Assembly: GCA_048940645.1 (NCBI GenBank)
Contig: JBHLOI010000050.1
Location: forward strand, 1 to 23,785
Direction: 5' to 3'
DNA length: 23,785 nt
Source of the DNA: Promethearchaeota archaeon
Lineage (GTDB): Archaea > Asgardarchaeota > Lokiarchaeia > Sigyniarchaeales > SOKP01
This document shows, one piece after another, positions 8,756-16,732 of this stretch. The translations under genes and the position numbers were made by a program. The notes under the pieces were generated by a model that worked only from the letters and a program-made list of their open reading frames with translations, had not been told where the DNA came from and searched no databases. How positions within the stretch are numbered: position 1 is the first letter of the stretch; every line of letters begins with the position of its first letter.

Positions 8756-10207
8756 TTAATTTTGAACATTTAAATTTTTTTTAGATTTCAAAATAAAACT
8801 CCTTAATTCTTTCAAAAAGACCTTATCCCCTTCTTTTATAATATTTTTATTACTGTCAATCCCCACAATTACTGATCCTTTTGTACCAAATGGACTAATT
8901 ATTTTTGTAAAAGGAGGCTCTAATTTTCGCCCTACAATTTTTTTAGCACCTATTAAACTATGTGCTAAACCACTACAAATTATACCTTGAGAATGTGATG
9001 GATTTTGAATAATCCCCTTTTTTATTTTATATTTATAAAATAATGGCGGATCTTGATATATTTTTGTTAGCTCTGCCGACCCTAATATCCTTAGAGTTGT
9101 TGGAGGTAAATCTAATCGACTTAATAACATGGTAGTTTTTTCTTTACCAATTAAGATTCTCTCATTTAACCATAATATAGCTTCAAAATTATTTAAATCA
9201 TTTTTTACACTCGTTTGAATTTTCTTTCCGTTAAAATCATAATAAGGGTATACAAAACCTGCTGTAGTAAACATTCCAATTGTTACATGGAGTTGAGTAC
9301 CAAAATGAGTTTCTGCTTTAAATAATTTGTTTTTATTTATTTTTACTTCAATTAAATCACAGTAATCAAAAGCATTTTTATTATCTGTTATATAACAACC
9401 CCTATAGATATTCTTTACATCCAATCCTTTAATATTAATCCCAATTCTATCACCCGCTTTTGCGATTTTTACTTCTTGATGAAAAATTTGAATCGATTTA
9501 ACTCTCCCTGAAATTCCTAAGGGCAATACATATATTTTTTGATTTAGTTCTAATTTTCCCCTTAATAATGTGCCAGTTACTATTGGTCCTCTGCCTTTTA
9601 TCGAAAAATGGTGATCTATGGGCATTTTGATACTCCCATTAACGTCTCTTTTTATTTCAAGTTCTTTAATTTTTTCTAGTATTCCTGCTTTTAATTTTTC
9701 AAATCCTATTTTTTCTTTGGCAGATACCGCAAATATAGGTATTTGGTCACCAAAAGATGTTGATTGAAAGAATTTTCTTGTTTTTTCCATTTCTAGCTTC
9801 ATATCACCTTTAAATAGGTCTATTTTGTTAAGTATAACTATGATATCTTTAATATTTAAAGCCTCTACCATTATTAAATGCTCACCGGTTTGAATTTGAG
9901 GTCCTTTATTAATGTCTATCACGATTATAGCGCAATCAATTATTTCTACTGAGGATGCACTTATTTTTATTAAATCTGCATGACCAGGGCCATCAACCAA
10001 TGATATTAAAAAATCATCCAATACAAAACTTGTAAATCCTAAATCGATAGTTATACCTCTTTGTTTACTTTGTGGATGAGCATCAATCCCAGCAGTCGAT
10101 ATTATTTCACTTAATACAGAAGCTATTGCAGTTTTACCACAATCAATGTGCCCAAACAATCCAATATGGATCGGAATTAATTTCTCAACGTCAATCATAA
10201 GAATCAC
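8756..10207 (-). CDS. selB: Selenocysteine-specific translation elongation factor SelB/EFSec (archaeal/eukaryotic type)
   Basis: G1 GHIDCGKT, DAHPQSKQRGITIDLGF, G3 DGPGH, G4 NKID, DHHFSIKGRGPIVTGT, GDRIG, domain IV FGTKG. No bacterial winged-helix extension. tRNA-Sec and SepSecS nearby. ATG start probably at 10198. Confidence 0.93.
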   Translation of the reverse strand: MILMIDVEKLIPIHIGLFGHIDCGKTAIASVLSEIISTAGIDAHPQSKQRGITIDLGFTSFVLDDFLISLVDGPGHADLIKISASSVEIIDCAIIVIDINKGPQIQTGEHLIMVEALNIKDIIVILNKIDLFKGDMKLEMEKTRKFFQSTSFGDQIPIFAVSAKEKIGFEKLKAGILEKIKELEIKRDVNGSIKMPIDHHFSIKGRGPIVTGTLLRGKLELNQKIYVLPLGISGRVKSIQIFHQEVKIAKAGDRIGINIKGLDVKNIYRGCYITDNKNAFDYCDLIEVKINKNKLFKAETHFGTQLHVTIGMFTTAGFVYPYYDFNGKKIQTSVKNDLNNFEAILWLNERILIGKEKTTMLLSRLDLPPTTLRILGSAELTKIYQDPPLFYKYKIKKGIIQNPSHSQGIICSGLAHSLIGAKKIVGRKLEPPFTKIISPFGTKGSVIVGIDSNKNIIKEGDKVFLKELRSFILKSKKNLNVQN

Positions 10208-10368
10208 TATAGGGATAAAAAGCGACTATATTTTTCTTTTAAGATTAGAAAAGTAAAACATTTTCCTATATTTTTAATTAATCTTTTAAATATTGGACTC
10301 CAATAAAATTTAATTAAATAGAATTTACTTTTAAACATAATAATTTTAAAATTGATTGTGAGAAAAGA

Positions 10369-11232
10369 ATGCCAAAGTATTGCGTTTATTGCGGAAATCC
10401 CTTAAAATCAACAGATAAATTTTGTATAATATGCGGAAAACCAGTACTTAGAGATGTACAAAAACCAAAAGCCGTTCAAAAACCAAAAGATCTTATAAGA
10501 GAAAAAGTAAGAGAAATAAAAGGTGAAGATTCTTCATCCGAGATTGAAGAATACCCAGTAGAAGAAATCGAAATTGAAGAGAAAGTAGAAAAGAAGAAAA
10601 AAGCTAAGAAAGAAGTAAAGGTAGAAAAACCGCTACCCTTTGAAGTAAAAGAACAAATGATTCTCTACATTGAATACAATGATATGCAGTTAAATAAAAA
10701 ATTGTTAGTTGAGAAGTTAAAAGAAATTCAAAAATCTTTAAAAGATCCTCGTTATGATGTAGATCAGGAATTTAAAAAATCAATTAATGTAAAAATTGAA
10801 GCGATAAAAACACTAATCAATGAACTTAAGCAAAATGAAATTGAAGTTAAACAAAAAATGATAGAACCATTTATTGTCCAGAGAATAAAGGATGATATTG
10901 ATAAGAGAATTTTCCAACTCAAGAATTTAACTAAAGAATTCAAATTGCATAAAATGGATAAGGAAACTTTTGAATCTCTTAGAGAAAAATACAAACAAGA
11001 AAAAACAGATTTTGAGAATGAAAGAGAAGACTTAATATCTGGTATGAAGCTATGGATAAAAGAATTGAAAATGGAGAAGTCAGATATTAAAGCAGAGAGA
11101 AATCTCAATAAGGGTAGATTTTCTGCTAAAGAAATTGAAGAAGAAGATTATGAAGAAAAAGACAAAGAATTTGAAGTAAAACTTAAAAAGATTGATGTGA
11201 AAATTACTACTTTAGAAGGTCTTATTAAATAA
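10369..11232 (+). CDS. Zinc-ribbon + charged linker + CdvA-like helical/coiled-coil protein
   Basis: N-terminal CVYCG...FCIICG. C-terminal heptads with two [G/K][E/K][I/M]xxExY/F turns spaced 60 aa apart. The CdvA resemblance is from recalled sequence, not a search. Confidence 0.65.
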   Translation: MPKYCVYCGNPLKSTDKFCIICGKPVLRDVQKPKAVQKPKDLIREKVREIKGEDSSSEIEEYPVEEIEIEEKVEKKKKAKKEVKVEKPLPFEVKEQMILYIEYNDMQLNKKLLVEKLKEIQKSLKDPRYDVDQEFKKSINVKIEAIKTLINELKQNEIEVKQKMIEPFIVQRIKDDIDKRIFQLKNLTKEFKLHKMDKETFESLREKYKQEKTDFENEREDLISGMKLWIKELKMEKSDIKAERNLNKGRFSAKEIEEEDYEEKDKEFEVKLKKIDVKITTLEGLIK

Positions 11233-11277
11233 AATTTTTCCAAAATTTTATTTTGTTTCTACTATTATTTAATATCG

Positions 11278-11403
11278 ATGAGGAAAAAATTAATTGGATT
11301 TATAATAGTTCTACTTGCTTTATCTCTTCTAACAATCGGAATTATTGAAGCTCAATATTCCCTAATCGGTAAACTTTATGAAGAGATGGCAGTGATTCCC
11401 TAA
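11278..11403 (+). CDS. Small 41-aa single-TM/signal-like peptide; absent from the supplied ORF track
   Basis: MRKKLIGFIIVLLALSLLTIGIIEAQYSLIGKLYEEMAVIP*. Fills the gap between 11232 and 11427 without overlap. Confidence 0.65.
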   Translation: MRKKLIGFIIVLLALSLLTIGIIEAQYSLIGKLYEEMAVIP

Positions 11404-11426
11404 ACCTGCTTGAATAAAAAATTTAA

Positions 11427-11729
11427 TTAATCGTATCTCTTCATTTTTCCTACAGAAAGAGAGTCCTCTAAAAAACCTTTTTTCTGGTATACTTTTTCTT
11501 GAGATTTTCGGAATTTATTAGCTTCCTTGTAATGATTTTTACAAAGATAAATTTTATTTTGTTTATTCTCGTTATATCTTAAAGCGGCTTTTTCTACATA
11601 TGATTTCCATTTATTCTCGGAAAGAGATCTTACTGCTATTTCACTACACCCTTTCACAGAACATTTCTTTTTTTTACTTATTGTTCCACTCAAATCCCTT
11701 TTCTCTTTTAGTTCCTTTGGGAGTTTCAA
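11427..11729 (-). CDS. Small basic putative Zn-finger protein (CSVKGC...LCKNH)
   Basis: Cx4C...CxxH ligand pattern, very Lys-rich, TTG start. Function unknown. Confidence 0.7.
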   Translation of the reverse strand: MKLPKELKEKRDLSGTISKKKKCSVKGCSEIAVRSLSENKWKSYVEKAALRYNENKQNKIYLCKNHYKEANKFRKSQEKVYQKKGFLEDSLSVGKMKRYD

Positions 11730-11813
11730 TTTTAAACACTTCCTAAAAATTTTATTAGGATTAAATATTATGTTTTTTAATTAATCAACATCTTAAAATT
11801 TTTCCTATATTTA

Positions 11814-12521
11814 ATGGATTCTTTAAACTTAATATTTGATGAAAACTCTATTCGTAAGAAATTATTTCCCTGTGATTCACCCTCGAGAATAAAGTTAAAA
11901 GATGGGTTCTTTACAAGTTCAGCTGTTCTGTTCTGTATTATTCCCTATATAGATAAACCCTATGATTTAGTATTAATTCATCGCTCAAATCGTGGAAATA
12001 GACATAGGGGGGAAATTTCATTTCCAGGGGGTAAAATCGAACCTGATGATATCTCATTGAAAGACACCGCCTTAAGAGAAGCTGAAGAAGAAATTGGATT
12101 ACCCAGAAAAAATGTAAAAATATTAGGTTGTTTAGACGATTTTCCGACTATGACTAAATTTGTTATTACTCCTTATGTTGCCATCATCAATAAGGATCAA
12201 AAATTAATAAAGGATGACAGAGAAGTTCAGAAGATATTAAAAATCCCAATAGATTTTTTTATAAGTAAGAAGAATTTTAGAGAACAAGCAGTTGATATTG
12301 ATGGTAATAAATTCCCTATTTTTTACTTTAATTATAAAGATGATGAAAGTAAACAGACTTATACAGTTTGGGGAGCAACAGCCTACATGATATCTACATT
12401 TATCGAAATTATTTATGGTATAACTATGTCAGACATAGGTTTGAAAAGATTTAAGTTAGAAAGAATAAAAGATCTTAAAGAATATATTAAATATAAGGAC
12501 CAAATTACAAAAAAATTTTGA
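11814..12521 (+). CDS. Nudix hydrolase, CoA pyrophosphatase (NUDT7/PCD1/NudL-like)
   Basis: SAVL, LIHRSNRGNRHRGEISFPGG (CoAse motif), Nudix box GGKIEPDD..LKDTALREAEEEIG, VWGATA. Confidence 0.9.
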   Translation: MDSLNLIFDENSIRKKLFPCDSPSRIKLKDGFFTSSAVLFCIIPYIDKPYDLVLIHRSNRGNRHRGEISFPGGKIEPDDISLKDTALREAEEEIGLPRKNVKILGCLDDFPTMTKFVITPYVAIINKDQKLIKDDREVQKILKIPIDFFISKKNFREQAVDIDGNKFPIFYFNYKDDESKQTYTVWGATAYMISTFIEIIYGITMSDIGLKRFKLERIKDLKEYIKYKDQITKKF

Positions 12522-12556
12522 GATATTATTGTAATTAGTTAAAAATGTAATGGATA

Positions 12557-13225
12557 ATGGATTTTATCTTTAATGAGAAAAAAATTGCAGAAAGCTTAAA
12601 ACAGTTAGATTCTCCTGAACGAATTTCAATGCATCACGAATACTTTGTAAATTCTGCAGTTATATTCTTAATAATTCCATATCAAGAAAAACCATATGAT
12701 CTAGTCCTAATTCGAAGAACAAAACAAATGAATGATAAACATTCTGGAGAGATGTCTTTTTCAGGGGGAAAATTTGATCCCAATCAAGATAAATCGTATT
12801 TAGATACAGCTTTGAGGGAATTGAGAGAGGAACTAGGCGTTCCAATAAATAATGTGACCATTTTGGGATGTATTGATGATCATCTCACCCCTAAAGGATT
12901 CATTATAACTCCTTTCGTAGCCTATATCAATAAAGACCAGAAAATGATTAAACAAGAGAGAGAAGTCGAAGAAATCGTGAAAATTCCAATTACTTTTTTT
13001 GCTAATAAAAAAAATTTTAAAGAAAGAACTTATAAACTCAAGGAGGATCTAATTGGAGTGGGTAAATTCAACTACATAACTCCAGATAATAAAAGATATA
13101 TCATATTTGGAGCTACCTCTCACATCATTGTAAATTTTTTAGATAATATATACAATTTAGGTCTAATGACTTTGGGTTGCAGGCGAATCACATGCGAAGA
13201 TATTAAAGATAAAATCATTAATTAG
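12557..13225 (+). CDS. Nudix hydrolase, CoA pyrophosphatase-like (tandem paralogue)
   Basis: SAVI, LIRRTKQMNDKHSGEMSFSGG, DTALRELREELG, IFGATS. Shares IIPYxxKPYDLVLI and ILGCxDD with the upstream gene. Confidence 0.9.
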   Translation: MDFIFNEKKIAESLKQLDSPERISMHHEYFVNSAVIFLIIPYQEKPYDLVLIRRTKQMNDKHSGEMSFSGGKFDPNQDKSYLDTALRELREELGVPINNVTILGCIDDHLTPKGFIITPFVAYINKDQKMIKQEREVEEIVKIPITFFANKKNFKERTYKLKEDLIGVGKFNYITPDNKRYIIFGATSHIIVNFLDNIYNLGLMTLGCRRITCEDIKDKIIN

Positions 13226-13304
13226 TTAAAAAAAATTATTAGAAATAAGAGGCTGAAAACTATTTTCTAATAATTAGGTAAATTAAATAATTAGGAGATA
13301 AAAG

Positions 13305-14327
13305 ATGGATGATAAAAATTCAATAGCAGGAAAAAATATCGTTGAAATTTGTTCACGATTAATGCCTTCTGAAACAGCAACCATAGTGACTGATAAAGAA
13401 ACACTAAATATTGGGGAACTTATAAAAAAATTTGCTGAAAACATTACAAAAAAAGTTAATTTTCATGTTTTAGAAGATTATGCTGCAAGACCATTAATAT
13501 CTATACCAAAAAAAATTAAAAAAGATGTTAGAACAAGTGATGTTTTATATCTCGCAGTTAAATCAAAACCGGGAGAATTACACCGATTTAGGGGGCCTAT
13601 AGTTAGAATTGCTGTATCTAAGGGTAGAGAAATTCATATGCCAAATATTAACGATGAAATAATTCAAACTGGTATGCAAGCAGATTATTATAAGATAGCT
13701 TCTTTAACATTTTCAATTATGAGTTTTGCCACAATCTCTAAATCTGCTAGAGTAGAAACAGCTGTAGGGACAAAACTTAAAATATCATTTTCAGATAAAA
13801 TGAGGTGGATTCCAGATACAGGACTCTTATGGTTTAAAGGTATGTGGGGTAATTTACCCGCAGGAGAAGCTTTTACATGCCCTGAAAAGGTCGAAGGTGT
13901 TATGGTTGTAGATGGCACTTTAGGCGATTTCTTCAATCAAAAATATGGAGCCCTTGATAAAACCCCTGTTTTAATACCTATTACAAATTCCAGAGCTGAT
14001 GTTGAAAAAATTACTTGTGAGAATCAAGAATTGCTCTCCGAATTTATAAAGTATCTACAGCAAGATGAAAATGCAAATAGGATAGGAGAATTTGCATGTG
14101 GGACCAATATTTCTTTGAAAAATTTTATAGGGAACCTTTTACAAGATGAAAAATTCCCGGGTGTTCATATTGCTTTTGGAAATCCTTTTCCACAGCTAAC
14201 AGGAGCTGATTGGAATTCAAAAGGACATGTAGATGGGATTCTGAAAAGATGTTCATTATGGTTTGATGAGAAAAAAATTATAGAGGATGGTAAGTTTATT
14301 GAGGAAGAGCTTTTAAATTTGGATTAG
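13305..14327 (+). CDS. Peptidase M29 family aminopeptidase (AmpT/AmpS-like)
   Basis: NLPAGEAF, RIGEFACGTN, LLQDEKFPGVHIAFG, HVDG metal-ligand motifs. AGGAG SD. Confidence 0.85.
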   Translation: MDDKNSIAGKNIVEICSRLMPSETATIVTDKETLNIGELIKKFAENITKKVNFHVLEDYAARPLISIPKKIKKDVRTSDVLYLAVKSKPGELHRFRGPIVRIAVSKGREIHMPNINDEIIQTGMQADYYKIASLTFSIMSFATISKSARVETAVGTKLKISFSDKMRWIPDTGLLWFKGMWGNLPAGEAFTCPEKVEGVMVVDGTLGDFFNQKYGALDKTPVLIPITNSRADVEKITCENQELLSEFIKYLQQDENANRIGEFACGTNISLKNFIGNLLQDEKFPGVHIAFGNPFPQLTGADWNSKGHVDGILKRCSLWFDEKKIIEDGKFIEEELLNLD

Positions 14328-14408
14328 ATTCTTTTTATTAAAATTTAAATTAATCAAAAAATTCATTTTATTTCAAGTATATTTTAATTTAATAATATTA
14401 TTCAATAT

Positions 14409-14501
14409 GGCCCTTGACGGTTAGAGTGGTCTCTGACGCTGGGCTTCAAACCCAGTTATCCTGCGGAGGGATAGGGGTTCGATTCCCCTCGAGGGCCGCC
14501 A
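14409..14501 (+). tRNA. selC: tRNA-Sec (anticodon UCA), 9/4 fold, CCA encoded
   Basis: Folded by hand: 9-bp acceptor GGCCCTTGA/TCGAGGGCC, 7-bp D stem GTTAGAG/CTCTGAC with TGGT loop, anticodon stem GCTGGG/CCCAGT with loop CTTCAAA (TCA at 14446-14448), long variable arm TATCCT/GGGATA, 4-bp T stem GGGG/CCCC with TTCGATT, discriminator G, then CCA. Confidence 0.98.
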
Positions 14502-14526
14502 ATTTTTATAAAAATAGCTGATAAAT

Positions 14527-15894
14527 TTGATTGATTTTAATAAAATTATTGATTATTTTAAAAGCACACCTATTCCTCAAAATATGTTGAATAGAGGGCA
14601 ATTAGTATTAAACGAGTTTTTTAATCCTATTAAAGTTTTATTTGAGCAGAAAGCAGTTCCTAAGGAACCTTGGAGTGATGAGCAAATTAAATTTTTCTTA
14701 CAAACCCTTTCGAATATGGACACAGATAAAGATTTTAAGGCAGCAAGAGTAGGTGAAAGAGAAGCAAGAATAGCATCTAAAATACATTTAAAAACCTCAG
14801 CAGGATTCTGTCATGGTATAGGCAGAAGTGGTTTTTTAACGGCACCTCAACCAAAAGCTCCCGGAGGGTCTATCATGTATGAAGTAACTAATTACTTAGC
14901 GAGAAACTTTCTTAAAAAATTTGGATTACCTAATATAAAAAGTGCTATAGTTGCACCATTATGTACAGGAATGTCTTTAGCTTTATGCATTGGAGCACTT
15001 AGACCAGATTGGAATAATAAAGACTTAATTGACAAAAGAACTGTTCTTGTTCCTCAAATTGATCATAAATCTCTTATTAAGGGACTTGAACTAATGGGTG
15101 TAAAAAGAAAAACTATTGAAGGCAGGATATTTGGTGATGCAGTAAGGATTCCAGTTGAAGATATAAAATTAAGTATGGATAAAGATTGTTTTGCGGTTAT
15201 TTCAGTAACAAGCTTCTTCCCTCCTCGTGAGCATGATGACATCAAAGAGATTAGTAAATTTGCTAAAGAAAATGATTTGGTTCATATTGTCATTAATGCA
15301 TATGGGATTCAAAGTTCAGAATGGATGGATTTAATTCGTTCAGGAATTGATGCAGGAAGAATAGATGCAATCATACAATCAACTGATAAAAATGTGCTTT
15401 CTCCAGTTGGTGGTGCTATTATTGCTTCCCCAGATAAGGAAATAATAACTAAAATTAGTCAAGCGTATGCAGGACGTGCTTCCGCTACGCCTATAGTAAA
15501 TTTTTTGATCTCTATACTCTCTTTAGGTATTAAAGGGTATCAAAGATTAGTAAATACTCAACAAGAAAACAGAAAATTATTAGAAGAAAAGATGAATGAA
15601 GTTGCTAGCAATTTAAATGAGAGAATTTTAGATGTGTTTAACCCAGTAGCCGTAGCAATGTCTTTACAGAATTTGAAAAAAGAACATTTGTCATCTTTAG
15701 GAGGAGCTTTATATAATTTAAGAGTCACAGGACCTAGGGTTTATAATCCAGAAGAAAATGTTTTTGGAACGTGTTGTTCAAATTATTTAACTCCTTATAT
15801 AGTAATGAATGCCGCAATAGGCGCAACCTCTGAAGATATAGTCTTAGCAGTTGAAAGGTTTGAAAAAGCATATGCTCAAATTACTCAGAAGTAA
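14527..15894 (+). CDS. spcS: O-phosphoseryl-tRNA(Sec) selenium transferase (SepSecS)
   Basis: VGEREARIAS, HGIGRSG.LTAPQPKA.G, PLCTGMSL, IDHKS, NAYG, QSTDKN (PLP lysine), YAGRAS. Starts 25 nt after tRNA-Sec. Confidence 0.96.
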   Translation: MIDFNKIIDYFKSTPIPQNMLNRGQLVLNEFFNPIKVLFEQKAVPKEPWSDEQIKFFLQTLSNMDTDKDFKAARVGEREARIASKIHLKTSAGFCHGIGRSGFLTAPQPKAPGGSIMYEVTNYLARNFLKKFGLPNIKSAIVAPLCTGMSLALCIGALRPDWNNKDLIDKRTVLVPQIDHKSLIKGLELMGVKRKTIEGRIFGDAVRIPVEDIKLSMDKDCFAVISVTSFFPPREHDDIKEISKFAKENDLVHIVINAYGIQSSEWMDLIRSGIDAGRIDAIIQSTDKNVLSPVGGAIIASPDKEIITKISQAYAGRASATPIVNFLISILSLGIKGYQRLVNTQQENRKLLEEKMNEVASNLNERILDVFNPVAVAMSLQNLKKEHLSSLGGALYNLRVTGPRVYNPEENVFGTCCSNYLTPYIVMNAAIGATSEDIVLAVERFEKAYAQITQK

Positions 15895-15991
15895 AATCAA
15901 TCAAAATATTTCATTCCTATTTCTAATAAAATAAAAATAAATAAAAATGAGTAGAACTATATAATATTAAATATAATTAGGTTGTCTAACT

Positions 15992-16669
15992 ATGGAGAAT
16001 CGACTTTTAAATCAATTTAATAATGTAATTTCTACTCAATGGTCCTTCAAAGAAGTAGAAGAACCATATACACCATTAACACCAAGAGCACTATTTGAAT
16101 TAGCGTATCACACTTGTAATTCTGTAACAATGAGAAATATTTTTATTAAATTATCTCCAAGTGAGGAAAAAGGTGGATTCCAAGCAACTTTTTATTCAAA
16201 CAGTAAAAAATTCATCAATATAGAAGGATTAGACGATGTTATAAGATTGAGAAAATATTATCCAGAAGACTCTACAGGAGATAAACTTATAACCGAAATT
16301 CAACCACTTTTAAGTAAAAGAAAAACCGAGTTTATTAAAAAAGATAAGCAGATTCAGAGTCAAATTCTAAAAATTATATTAGTAGAGCGTAAATTAGATG
16401 AATGTGCGAATCTGGTGATGTTAAAAGAAATTAATAGAAAAATTTATTTTACGATTGGTGATGCTAGAGAAAGTGCCGCTGTAGTACCTATATTTATGGA
16501 AGCGGATGGCGCAAGTCTAGTACAACTCGCTTTGAACAAATGGATGACCACAGTCCAAAATTTGGATCAAGAAAAAATATTTCCTGAAAATCTAGTCTCT
16601 GGATTACTAAAAAATCTAATGCAGATAAAAAAATGGATTTTAAACTTAATTTCATTAAACTTAGATTAA
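15992..16669 (+). CDS. Hypothetical protein
   Basis: 225-aa ATG ORF with normal composition. No motif recognised. Confidence 0.75.
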   Translation: MENRLLNQFNNVISTQWSFKEVEEPYTPLTPRALFELAYHTCNSVTMRNIFIKLSPSEEKGGFQATFYSNSKKFINIEGLDDVIRLRKYYPEDSTGDKLITEIQPLLSKRKTEFIKKDKQIQSQILKIILVERKLDECANLVMLKEINRKIYFTIGDARESAAVVPIFMEADGASLVQLALNKWMTTVQNLDQEKIFPENLVSGLLKNLMQIKKWILNLISLNLD

Positions 16670-16732
16670 AGATTAATATCTATTAATTCAAAAGTATTAT
16701 ATAAACTATTTCTATTTTAATAACAAAAAGAG

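Noticed and set aside
14502-14515. Perfect palindrome ATTTTTATAAAAAT between tRNA-Sec and SepSecS
   Set aside because: A pure A/T palindrome is expected by chance at this composition, so it cannot be supported as an operator or terminator.
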